In this document: positions 23,926-35,996 of the stretch, piece by piece
How the letters are laid out: each line of letters opens with the position of its first letter
Position numbering within the stretch: the first letter of the stretch is position 1
Assembly: GCF_036321535.1 (NCBI RefSeq)
Contig: NC_087440.1
Span: 1,860,001 to 1,924,000, forward strand
Direction: 5' to 3'
DNA length: 64,000 nt
Source: Camelus dromedarius
Lineage: Eukaryota
Program-made: the position numbers and the translations under genes
The notes under the pieces: generated by a model
The model's input: the letters and a program-made list of their open reading frames with translations, nothing else
Database searches by the model: none
What the model was told of the DNA's origin: nothing

Positions 23926-26900
23926 GTAAGAACAGGCTGGCTCAGTCTTCTCTAGCCCCTTGTGGGCAAAAAGATAGGGGAAAGCCAGGGACTAAAGAAT
24001 GGAAAGCTCTGGGTTAGACTTCAAGAGATGAGAGTCCTGATTCCTTTGCTATTCATTCAATATTTATAGAGTCCTGTTCTCTGCCAGGCACTATGCTGGG
24101 GCTTTTGCGGGAGTGACCTTGGCTTAATTCCCGATCATTCTATGAAATGGTTATTATTATGTTCCCCCCATGGCAAGCGAAGAAACTGAGGCCCAGTGAA
24201 GTTAAACCACTTGTTCAAGGTTACACAACAAATAGGCAGCGGAGCTAGGATGAACCCGGGTTGGTCTGATTGGGACTTTGGGAATGACATTTGAGCTGGA
24301 CTTTGGAGACTGTCCAAGGAGATATCAAGCAGGGAAAAATGATAATCTCTTCCATGTGCATGGTGCTTAGGGTTTATCTAGCACCCTTACTTTCATTTGA
24401 TCCTGTTCACATTCCAGAGGGGCTGGTGGCTTGGATGGGGTCTGAGAAAGGGGAGGCTTTCTGAGTTTCATTTCATTTTTAAAATATTGGAGATATGGCA
24501 GCTCCACTCATCCACTAACAAGCCAGCCCTGAGTGCAGAGCCCTGTCTACAGGGCTGACTACAGACCAGAGACTGGGAACTACAACCCTAGGGGTTTCTT
24601 CCGTCTCCAATGTTCCTTTCCAAGAATTTCTCTGCCCCTGTGAAGGAACTTCCTGCTAAATTCATTGCATGATTTAATAATCTGGACAATGAAATTAAAT
24701 TGGGGAAGTGATCTCTAAAAATTCATCCCGAAGTTTTTTGTTCCTTGAGACTCCAAAGTGAGGGTACCCTAGGGGAAGATAGTTCCCATTCCTCTTCTGC
24801 TCCTAAAAAGTAAGTTTGAGCAAAGGTTGGCCCATAGCCTGCCTGTTTCAGATCTCAGGGAAGCCACTAGTGTGAGCAGAGTTTTGCGTGCAAGGAGTGG
24901 AAGGACTTAGCTGCTTAATCCGGAGCAGTTTTGATGAGTGGGCAGGATGGAGACCAAACTCAGCGACATGTCTTGAAGATACACGATATGAAGGAAATGA
25001 AATGTACTTCCTTTAGGATTTTTGAGATATGTGTGGTGTTCAGAGCATGGAATTGAGAGTTAGGAAACCTGGGTTCTAATCCTGTTCTGCTTCTATGTAT
25101 CCTTGGATATGTCCTTTATTGTCTCTGGGGGAGATGACGGAGTCCAGCTAATCACCAGAGATTCTGTTTAGCTCTGACACTCACTGATAATGTCCTGTGT
25201 CTAAGTGAGTTCAGTTCTGGCAGGCCCAGCATAGCAGTTATTTGTCTGATCTGGTCAGTTGACCTTCAATTAGGGCATATTTGCAGATGACCCAAAAAGG
25301 AGAAATATCCTGCCCAAGTTAGACAGCCAGAAGATCTCCAAATTGGAATGGGAACCCAATATCCTAATTCCCCAGTCAGCACTATTTCCCTCCTGATGAC
25401 TGCTCTAAGAAGCCAAAGGCTTAAAAAAGAAAGGGAGGTTCAGCGCATTACATCATTTAATATGAGGAAACGGGGGCCTCCCCACTAATGAAGTTCTCAG
25501 GGCAGGCTTTGCTGAGGCCGGTCACGAAGCCTGGTACTCTTCTCTGAGAAGCATCTAATGCCTTGGTATGCATTAGGCCAGCAGTCTTCAGAATGCCTCT
25601 GACACTTGCCTCCTAGTCCTTCATAATAATCCTATTCTTATTAAACTCTACAAATTCTGAATTTTCCATTTTGCTAGATTGACCATCGAAGCAAAGCTTG
25701 CCAAGCAAGTAAAGCATGATCATGATTTCAAAAGAGTATTTGTAACCTGCTTCAGCGACTCCTTTTATGGCCTTCAGTGGCAGCTCTTTGCCAACCAGTG
25801 AGAATGGTGCCTATTACTATTCTGTTCTTATCTATGCGTTGAAACAGATCCAGTATGGATTTTAATTAACAGCATTATTTTTTTTTAAGTTTGAAATACT
25901 GGCTATCCTTAAAAGTAAATTTATTTTTATTTAAAATTAAAAACCAATAGTTTGAACTTTCTAGCTCTAACAACTGCCTTCTAAAAATTAATCCAAATAA
26001 TTCAAGCACTATAGCTATTTTGAAATGGTTTTTAAAAACATCTGGATTTGGAATTTCACCCAGAAATGATAGCCAGAGAGAGAGGTAACTGCCTTTGCCT
26101 GTATCATTATGTCTGTAGTTGGCTGCCCGAGAGCTAGAGGAAGATAAATTATTCTGTACATCACTGACAGACTGAGGCAAGCCATTCTGTTTTGAATTCG
26201 TGAAGTTATTCTCTGAAAATCCAGTATTTGATCTAGTAAGTGATCATTTTTGTGGTTTATGCAAAAGTTTATACTCACCCCTGTAAATTCTCTTACTTTA
26301 ACTATGAAAATGAACATACCTTGCTCACTCACTCACACTGACTTGTCAGTTCACACCTCTCCCTGACTAATGGGTCTCCCTTCTTTGAGCATCACCTCAA
26401 GAAGACAGGGGGCCAGGGACACTGGGCTTTTTCAGTCAGCCACGTTGCAAAGGTGAGGACGCCACAAAGAAGTGGGGTAAGGCCAGACAGAGTGGTAGGG
26501 AGCCAAGGAGGAGGCCGGGGAGGAGAGGTCACAGCCACAACTGCTCGAGCAGTCTAAGCAGGGGGAAGAAGAGTAGAGGGCAGTGGGAGCCAGCTCCTTC
26601 TTGGAGAGAAACAGGAGCAGGAGAAACACCTGGGCCTCCCCCTTCCTCTCTTGGCAGCCTGGGGCGAGGTGTGGAGCAGGTGGCCACAATGTCAGGTTCA
26701 TCACTGTCACTAAACAGGGAAAATAATCTTTATATCTCCCGAAGGGCTGAGCCCAGGGTCTCATCCCTAACAGAAGCTCCACGAGCATTTGGTTCAGTTT
26801 CCTCAGGGAACCCTAACATGTCAGGGAGTCCAGTTTGGAGAGAAAAAGGAGTAGGGGAGGGAATCCATACTTATGGAGAGCCTGTCACATTATTGACATA

Positions 26901-27314
26901 CATTATCCCAATAATTTCTCACAAAAACCCTGCAAGGATAGATCGTTATCGCCATTTTGCAGATGAGGAAACTTGGAGACTCAGAGAGGATAGTCAGCTC
27001 AGCCAAAGTCACACAGCTTATCTATGGTCCTTAGCAACGGTACGTGAACCACTTATCTGGGTTTTGACCCAGGCTGCACTGACAACTCTCCTCGTTACCC
27101 TGGGCAAGTAAGTGCCCTCCACAAAGCTTTATTATTAATCACTTAACAGAAAAGCAGTGTGGGAAATAAAATTGTGTCCCTTCCAGTAGAAGGGACAGGG
27201 ATAGACAAAAGGAACTGTGATAAAGGGAACACTGTGCAAAGGGCTGCAGAGTCACTTTGCTTTTCATCCAGGTCTCAGATTGCTTATCTGTGAAGAGAAT
27301 GGGATGAACTAGTG

Positions 27315-27470
27315 CAGGGGCTGGCAGACTTTTACTGTAAAGGGCCAGGCAGTAAGTATTTTAGGTTTTGCAGGCCATATAGTTTCTATCACAACTACTC
27401 AGCTCTGTCGTAGCGTGACAGCAGCCACAGACAAGAAGTAAAAGAACAGGAATGCCCATGTGGTGTTTTA
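27315..27470 (+). mobile_element. MER58A-like hAT DNA transposon
   Basis: caggggctggcagact...ctgtaaagggccagg..agtaagtattttagg..ttgcaggccatat recognised by eye. Confidence 0.7.
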
Positions 27471-29551
27471 CTAAGAGCGACATGCTCACAGGTGTTCTGC
27501 CTGAGCTTAAGACCAGCAGAGAATGATTCATTTTCTTATGGAATATTCACCCAACTGCTATCGGTGGAGTTTCTCGGCTGGAGGACCTTTCACTTTACTT
27601 TTTATTTTGCTCTGATAGGCTAGAACCAGGATAAAGATTTTTGAGGAATAATTCTAATCAGAATTCACTTAAGAGCATTTCCAGAAAAAAAAAAAGATGT
27701 AGCATTGAACATAGACACAGGGTAACTATTTCAGTCTTTTGACACTGTCTGTAAAAAGAAAATCAGAGCTAAAAATATTTCAGACAACACTGTCAAACTG
27801 ACAGGTGTTAGTCTGAGGATGCCTTTTATGAACACAATAAAGAAATGGTGAATGTTTGTACAGTTATCAATACAGTCTGACTTAACTCACTCTGAAATTT
27901 TATACCCAGTTTTGAAGCTGTCAGTGTATTTGTTCTGACCCCAAGTGATAGATATCTGACCTGCCTTGACCTTGCATAGTTGCAGGAAGACAAAGTTGAG
28001 GCTCTAGCCCGGCTGAAAAGCCTTGTTTGTATTTGAAGGACGAGGGGCCTTTCTTTATAGAGAGAGCTACAAGCTTCGCTAGAAAGGACCAGCCATCTGC
28101 GTGAGTTGCTGATTAGCAAGAGAACCCTGCAGGGCACCAGCGGTGAAGGGGGTTGCAAGGCGGGGAATGAGCCTGGTCCAGGCTCCTCTGGAAACCCCAC
28201 ACCCACATTCTGCCCCCAGGAATACTTCAGAATATAAAACTCCAGGAAGAAGTCTGCTACTCTTTCTTAGATGCATTGCAGACTGCTTTCTTCCTGGCAG
28301 GGTTTTTTGGTTTTGTTTTTGTTTTTAATTAAACCAACCAACAGGAACCCCAACCAGATACACCTGGTACCTGCTCAGGAGCCAGTTCTCCTTTCTTGTC
28401 AGGGTTAACATTTACCCCAAGGGTTCCCATCAGTGGCCTGTACTGCCAGCCGTCTGCTGTGGAGACAGGGTGCTGTGGATAGGATGCAGCCACTGCGGCC
28501 CTTCCTGCCTCCATGGGTCTGCCTGTGCTAGCTCGCAGGGACCCCACTGTGCTCCCAAAGAACCCATCCTAGCTAGGCTGAGGACTTCCTCCTTTAACTC
28601 CTTAAGCAGTAGCTTCCCCACAGTCGTCAGGAAAATGTGGCAAGAATCAAATTCTCAATTTTAAGGCTTCTTTGCCTCGTAAAATATTCTTAAGCTTTCA
28701 GCATTCATCTGCTGGTGGGTGCTAACAGATGACAAAATGAATGTATAAGAAACAAATATTAACAGAAAAACTCAAAACATCTGACCGTGTCTGGTAAAAT
28801 AGCTTGTTGTTTCCATGGATGTGTGTATGATTGTAGGAGATTTTTCATGTATTTGTACAACAGAGTAAACTTTTCTCCTAGGGTAGGTGATGGGATTAAA
28901 TAGGAAATTAGATCCTCATGGTGTTCTACAGAGAACAGCATGATTTCTAGACGCTCTACCACCTGGATACATTGGAAGTATGAAACTAACACAAAATGTT
29001 TCAGTGAGAAGGAGTGGACATATGGATGATAAACAAGTAAAATAAATTAAGAAGATATGCCCGAGTATAAAAAGTGCTGTGAAGGAAACAGTGCGTGTGC
29101 TGGAGAGTGACTGTAGGAAGTGGGCCCTTTTCAGCGAGGGAGAGCAGGAGAGGCCTCTTGGAGGAGGAGGAGTCCAAGTAGATATCTGAGAATGAGAAGG
29201 GAAACTACCTCATGCTTTGTGGGGAAGAATTCCAGAAGGGGAAATAGCATTTGCAAAGGCTCAGAGCATGGAAAGAGCTTGGTGCATTAGAGAAAAGAAT
29301 TAGAGGCCAGTACGGTTAGTGACTTAGGGGAGAGTGGTCCAGGATAACGCTGTGGGGGTGGGATGGGGGTGGGAACTGCTTCATACAGGGCCCTGGGATC
29401 AGATATGGAGTTTGGATTTTATTTGAAGTTTAGTGGGAAGTGATGAGGAGTCATATTTAAAAGGTCACTCCCTAACTGCTGTGTAGAAAAGGAATTGTTG
29501 GTTATACAAGGGTGGAAGCAGGGAGTCCAGTTAGGAGGCTGTTGTGGGCAT

Positions 29552-29556
<5 letters not shown>

Positions 29557-29598
<42 letters not shown>
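29557..29598. repeat. (GT)21 microsatellite
   Basis: Directly visible. Confidence 0.97.
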
Positions 29599-29600
<2 letters not shown>

Positions 29601-29688
29601 CTTTGAGAAATGTTTTGAAGACAGAATCATCTGGGCTTGGTGCTGGTGTGAATGTGGAGAGTGAGTGAGCAGAAGTCAAGATTTTTCA

Positions 29689-29802
29689 GGGTGGCTGGGT
29701 ATAGCTTAGTGGTAGAGTGTGCTTAGCATGCACGAGGTCCTGGGTTCAATCCTCAGTTCCTAAAAACAAACAAACAAACAAACAAACAAATAAATAAATA
29801 AA
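29689..29802 (+). mobile_element. tRNA-derived SINE (camelid vic-1-like)
   Basis: gggtatagcttagtggtagagtgtgcttagcatgcacgaggtcctgggttcaatcc with A/B-box-like motifs and an (AAAC)n(AAAT)n tail. Confidence 0.92.
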
Positions 29803-30659
29803 GGAAGGCAAAGTTTTTGGCTTGAGCTGCAGGGTGGATGTTGATGCCATGTAGTGAGAAAGGGAAGACTATAGGAAGAACAGGTTTAGGGAGACTCAAA
29901 AGTTCCCACTTTGGAATAGCGAGTTTGGGAGTTTATGTCACCTCTAAGTGGATATGTTTAAGAGGCAGTTGTACAAATAGGCTTAATGCTCATAAAAAAA
30001 GGTCAGGGCTGAAAATATAAATTTGTGAATCACCAACAAATATATGGTTATTAAAATCAAGGACCAACTGATGCTACTCTGAAAGAGAGAGATAGTTTAG
30101 GATTAAGTTCTAAAGAACTCCGATGCTCATTCATTTGGGAAACATTTATGGAATCTCTTTGTATGAGGCCTGTGTAGGGTCTGGGAACGTAGTGGGAAGG
30201 CACAGGAGCTCAGGAGCTCAACCTAGTGGAGGAGCAGGAATTGATCCAGGTTTTGTGGGGCCTGATACTCTTTAAGAAAAGGAATATAAAAAACATTCCT
30301 ACAAAATTAAATCCAAGGCCATGGGAAGGGTTTGCATAGGGGAGAGATGGGCCCTGAAGTTTAAGCTTCATCAGCCCTGCAGTAAATTCTCCTTAGTAGT
30401 GAAGACAGACTTGTACAACTGATAGTTACCATACCATGTGTGATGGTATAAGTAGGTGGCGAGGGATTTAGTACTGCAGAGAGTGGACATCTCAACAGAC
30501 CAGGAAGTCAGGGAAGGCTTCCCAGGGGAGGTGATGCTCAGCTGAATCTTGAAGGACAAGCAGGGGTTGGCTGGCTGAAGAAGGGGTGGGAGAACCCTAG
30601 GCATGCATGTGTAACGGCCAAGGGAGTAAGAAAGCGTGAGGAGAGACAGTGCAGCTGCA

Positions 30660-30970
30660 CCGTCCAGTGTGGTAGCCACTAGTTACATGCAGATCCCGAG
30701 CTCATGAAATGGGGCTAGTCTGAATTGAGATGTGCTGGAAGTATGAAGTATACTTTGGGTTTCAAAAGCTTAGTATGAAAAAAAGGTAAAAGAGCTTACA
30801 AATACTATATTAATTACACGTTGAATTATAACTTTGATATATTGAGTTAAATATAGTACATTATTAAAATTAATTTCACCTGTCTCTTTTACTTTTTTAA
30901 AAACTGTGGCTACTAAAAAATTAAAATTATGTACGTGGCTTGCATTCTATTGCTGTTGGACAGCATTGGA
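30660..30970. mobile_element. MER3-like hAT DNA transposon
   Basis: gaaatggggctagtctgaattgagatgtgctg...attattaaaattaatttcacctg...gtggcttgcattctattgctgttggacagc. Confidence 0.7.
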
Positions 30971-33599
30971 CTGGAGGTAGGCAGGAGGCTGGTGTGTGCT
31001 CGGCTGATGAGTCTGGACTCCCTCCTGGGGACACTGAGCCCCCAGTGCTGGGAGGGACATGATGTGCTTTGCTCAGAAAGTCACTCTGGCCGACAGGTGA
31101 AGAATGAATCAGAAGAGGAACAGATCAGGAGTCAGGAGGCTGTTGCAGGATTGTAGGCAGGAGACTGGAGAGACGAGGCCAGATGTGAGGACTTTCAGGA
31201 ACTAGGTCTGACAGCTAATTGAGCGTGAGCTGTGAGGGAGTGGGGAGGAATTTGGGTAGACTTTTGGGTCTAGCCTACACAAATGAGCTGATTGGGGTGC
31301 AAGATTGTACTCAGGTGGGTAAAGGTAGGACTCAGACCAGGGATTCAGTAAATCTTTGTTGAATGAATTTTTTTTTAAATCACAAGTTAAAATGTGTCAT
31401 TCAGGAAATGTGGGATAGTCTAGAAAGGGAGAGGTCAGTGATTAACTGCTACATCAGTGGGAGGTAGGAATTGGGGATCAGGAGGACAAGCCCCTTGAGG
31501 GGCTGCCCTGTGTGCCCTCCCCACCCAGCTTCCGAGGAATGGCTGCAGGGATTCTGTTGCTCGCCCTCACCTTGGCTGGCATGAAGACATCTTCTTTGGT
31601 TTCCTCAGCCCCTTGGTTAATCTTCATGAGGAGAAGGAAGAGATAGGGGTGGTGGGGCTGAAGAAAGTGGAGAACAAATGGTGTGGTATGAGAGGTGGGT
31701 ATGGGGATGTGTTTGTATTAAGGCCATATTCTGAAAGCACCTACTTATGGGACGGCTGCCCATCAATGGGTCCATCAGTCATGTTCACATGCAGACAAAC
31801 GTTTACATCCTTTTACCTGAAGTGTCAATCATTTGAAACAGAGCCACCAGGAGATATAAATTTGACTTACTTTCTTTATTTATGCTTGGGAAAAGAAATG
31901 TGATTTAGTAAAAACAACTTCAAAAACAGACCTCTGAATGGAGGTTAGGAAATCGGGGTTCTGTGAGTGTGGGCAAGTTACAGGATCTTTCTGCCTCTCA
32001 GTTTCGTTATCTCCCGAAATAGCCATAATAATATTAGCTTTGTCTATTTCACAGAGTTGGTAGTATTGAATGAGAAAATGGATGTGAAGGGCTTCAGAAA
32101 GTTAAAAGTGCACACTGATGTTAGAAGACATTTGTATGTGCAGTGAACAGTGAGCCCATGGAGAAGTATTTTGATTTAAGTAAGTCTGAATTGCAGATAA
32201 ATCATAAAGTGTGTGCTTCATGGGGCAAAAGTCAGTCTCTCCTGCCCCTTTGTGGACAGAACCAGCCACCCCAAAGAGTAGCCTGGCCTCTCGTAGCTCT
32301 TTGCCTCCAAGAAGAACACATTGGGTGAGAGTTGGGCATGGTAAGTAGTGAGACGGCTGGGCCAGTGGGGTTTAGGGCTGTAGCATCCAGTATCTCAGTA
32401 AACTTAACAGGTGTGTCGTGAAAGAGTCAGGGGACTTGCTAGGAAAATCCACAGTGCCCCTTTCATATTCAGACTGGTTACTTCTGCTTTGTTTCATTCG
32501 TTTGTGTGCTCATTCATTCATTCATTCAACATGGTGTGTCCAAGCACTCAGACCTCTCCCGTCTTTCAGAGATTACCCAAATGCCACCTACTTTCAGAAG
32601 GCTTCCGTGTCTATTCCAGCACGGCACCTTTGTCTATGCCTCCCATTTCTTCAGGCACGTTCTGCCTTGTCATGTGTTGGTGTTATCATCGGTCTCTATT
32701 CCTTTCTGTAAATAGGATCCATGTCCTAAACATCTCTGCGTCCCTGTAGCACTGGCACCATGCCAGGTAAACAGCAGGTGCTCAGGAAATGAGAATTGAG
32801 TGAATGAACAAACTGGGTGGATGGATGGGTAGATGGCCCTGGATCAGGCAGTATTTTCTGTATTTTCTGATCAGACAGAGAAGGGAGTGTGTCAAGTCCA
32901 GTTCTAGTTCTGGCCATGGAGGTTGGTGGGGCAGGGGGAGTGGGAAGGTAAAGACGATTACTGGAGGCATCCATTAGGGACCCCACTGTCTGAAGATGGC
33001 CCTAGAGGTCACTTGGGTGAATCTGTTCCTTCAGCTCTCTTTTGCTGAGCATCTATGGTGTACAAGACACCATGCCACAGGTTATGGGAACAGAGATGAC
33101 TATATCATAGTTCCAAACAATATGGAGTCTAGCCAGGTAGACAACTAATATATGTGAGCAACAATGATTTTTTTTTTGAAGTTCATATGGTACTACAAGA
33201 CAGCAAATGCAAAGCAGCAAGCTAGTGGTCCAGACAGTAAGTACTGCGGGCTTAATGATTCTTCATCTTGGATTTTCTAGGACTGTCCCCTTCCCCAGCT
33301 GGCTGCCCCACAGCCTCCCCAGAACACTAGCACTTACTTGATTACAGAGCCAGATACTAGTGTCACAAACCATGTCCACTGTTACACAACTTTCGAGGAG
33401 AGAGGTATCAGAGAGAGTGGGAGTTAGGGCCAGGGTGGGGGCGAAAGGGGCCATTTGGAAAGCCTTGTATAAGAATTCACCCTGAATTTTCTGAAAAATT
33501 GGTAGGCATAGAGGAATGGAGAAGGAATTTTAGGCAGAGGGGAAAGCTGTGAGCAAGGGACCAGGGGTTGGAATAGATTAGGGATACGTAGGAGACTGT

Positions 33600-34150
33600 T
33601 CACCCATTCATTCGTTCATTCATTAACCAGTATTTTTTGAACCTTTGCTAAGTGCCAGGCAGAGTTCTCATGCTTGACACACAGTCGTGAGTGAAACAGA
33701 CAGCCCACCTTCATGGTGCTAGCGGGCAGTCATTTTATGTGTTTGCCAACGTACAAATGACATACAAATAAATTGGGGAAAGTGCTATGAAGGAAAAGAA
33801 CGGAAGTCCGTAAAAGAGAATTAGATGGACAACTTAGCTTCCCAGAGGAGGCTGACATGTAAGTGGAGACCTGAGATGTGGGGAGTGGAAGAAAGAAGAT
33901 TTCAAACAGAGGAGGTGGGACCCTGTGGTGAGGGTTTTGAGGTGGGTAAAGAGGATGATACATTTGAGGGACTGAAAGGCATCTGTAGCTGGTGTTAGTG
34001 GACCTCGGTGAGTGGGCACATTTGACTGGAAATACTGTGTGCAGGTTGAAGCCAGACTATGGAAGGCCAGGCTGGGGATTTGGACATGTTTCTGAAACCA
34101 GGTTATCTCTGGGTGTGTTTCTATGTTCCAGCATGAGGGCTCCCTGGAGA
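33600..34150 (-). mobile_element. L2 LINE 3' fragment
   Basis: cattcattcgttcattcatt...gtgccaggc followed by typical antisense L2 text. Confidence 0.65.
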
Positions 34151-34218
34151 GAGAGGGAAGTAGGGAGAAAGGGTGAGGGTCTCTCTAAGCACTTCGTGAT
34201 TCCTGTCCTTGCTTGCAG

Positions 34219-34272
34219 CCAGGCGATGAGGCAGTTGTGGTGGATGAGCAGGAGGATAACAAGAAGCTGAAG
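34219..34272 (+). CDS. SLC24A1: NCKX1 coding exon 2 (54 nt, PGDEAVVVDEQEDNKKLK)
   Basis: ttgcttgcAG| ... AAG|GTGGGT; phase 0/0; matches the known 18-aa NCKX1 exon. Confidence 0.93.
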
Positions 34273-34951
34273 GTGGGTACCATGTGGAGTCTGCCCAGCG
34301 GGGACACTGCAGGGTCTCAGAGGACGGCCACAGACCCGGGGCACTGTCACCCTGATGTTGGGGATCCTAGACTGGGCTCTGGCCTGGGAAGCTCCTGGGA
34401 GTGCTGCCAGAGGGACCATCACCTCCAGGTGGCCTTGGAGGAGGCGCCAGTTTGGGAGCTAAGTCCAGAATGCCACTTCTCACTCTGCCACTAGCTTGCT
34501 GTATGAGCTTGGGCCTCAGATTCTGCATCAGTAAAATGACTGGACTAGATGAACTCAAGTCCCACTTCGTGGCGCCAGCCTTCTGTGATTGATCTAAAAG
34601 CCCAGTTACGTCTGGCTTTGGAATGCCGCAGAACTAAGAGAAACATCCGAAGGGCATGGTGGGGGTGAGAGGTGGGAATCTGAGGTTTCTGAAAACCTGT
34701 GTCTTAGCTGCCTTTGGCTCATGGGGCCCCTGGGAAGAAGTATGGGGACTTCAGAGAGGAAAGGCTAGGACCTGAATGAAACCTCACCCATCCAACGAAA
34801 ATCCCTAGGCCTGTTGTGAAGTAGTTGCTATCATGGCCACTAGATGGCAGAAGAGTTCAGATCAGAGGGTTTGTGGGGTAGGAGGGGGAGACAGCAAGCG
34901 GCTTGTCTGTTTGGATGTCCTCTTGTAAATCAGATGGTGTTTCTATGTGTG

Positions 34952-35270
34952 TCACTACTGTTAAAAAACAAAATTCAACTGAGTAAATTTAAAGATCAAA
35001 TTGGCTTTATTCAACGATTCATGAAAAAAGGGAGCTCCAGGTTGTTTTAGACGAGGGACCCTTCCTTTCGGGGACAGCCGGGGTCTTCCAGGTGCGTTAC
35101 CTCACTAGTGCCGACCAGGTGACTTCAGACTGACGGGTTAAGGTGACATTCCCAGGAGAGGCTGAAACTGCAGTTAGGTATTTTACGTCTTGGTTTGGTG
35201 ATACCGGCTGAGCACAGGTGACTCTATTTTGGGCCTGTTGTCTCCTTTTTAAAACTGTGAATGAGTGTGT
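34952..35270 (-). mobile_element. Solo LTR fragment, MER31/MER67-like
   Basis: tgttaaaaaacaaaattcaactgagtaaatttaaagatcaaattggctttattcaacgattc resembles that LTR group; family assignment tentative. Confidence 0.5.
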
Positions 35271-35887
35271 GTCACATCTGTGTCTGTACACACAGATGTG
35301 TGCATGTGTGTGTCCGTGAAGGTCTCTTGAGCACATGGATAGAGAAGAAAGGACGATCAGAAGACCGGGGTGCTGGTCTTGACTCTTTCGTTCATGCCCG
35401 ACATGACCTTGGCTAAGACACAGCCTCGCTGAGTCTTCTTTATCTGTAGGTGGAGGTCAAAGCCTTGCTTATCTCTGGGGACGGGGCAGTGATAAAGCTG
35501 ATGTTCTTTGTGGACTGTAGGGGGCTGTGCCACGCACAGTGGGTCTGTGAGGTGTGTGGGTGAGTGTGTGTTTCTTTGAGGGTGTACTTGCAGGGATGGA
35601 CGAACCCTTGGTAATATGATATCCTTAGTACACACTGCTCCCTGACAGGAGCTCGGGGAACTACTTAGTGCATAGGATTAGCCAGTCATGGAAGAGTTGA
35701 GGGGAGGCTGAGAAAGAAAGCAGTGTAAGTTTCCTGGTTGAGGTGAAGGAAGAGGGGAGGCCAGGAAAAGGGTCCTGTACTTCTGGCCTGATCTCGGCGG
35801 GAGGGAGGCAGGGTTAGGCCCCCGTGTGGCCCCTCCCCTGGCTTGGTCAGGGGCCCACTGAGGCCTGTGCGGCTCTCTCCTGCTCAG

Positions 35888-35996
35888 CTCCCGTCAGTGC
35901 TGACCCGAGGGAGCAGCTCGGCCTCTCTGCACAACAGCACCATCCGCAGCACCATCTACCAGCTCATGCTCCACAGCCTGGACCCTCTGGGGGAAG
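35888..35996 (+). CDS. SLC24A1: NCKX1 coding exon 3 (109 nt, LPSVLTRGSSSASLHNSTIRSTIYQLMLHSLDPLGE)
   Basis: tgctcAG| ... AAG|GTAAGC; phase 0/1. Confidence 0.95.

Larger units (their letters stand above)
28980..30660 (-). mobile_element. L2 LINE fragments (interrupted by a SINE and a microsatellite)
   Basis: Typical antisense L2 text (aagtgctgtgaagg..., ggaggtgatgctcagctgaatcttgaagga); boundaries approximate. Confidence 0.65.

Noticed and set aside
25555-25576. CTAATGC/GCATTAG inverted repeat
   Set aside because: A 7-bp stem is expected by chance in 64 kb
29689-29760. tRNA-like sequence (also 17961-18120, 19236-19390, 45773-45896, 61317-61450)
   Set aside because: A/B boxes are followed by A-rich tails, several copies have TSDs and the cloverleaf is degenerate, so these are SINEs rather than tRNA genes
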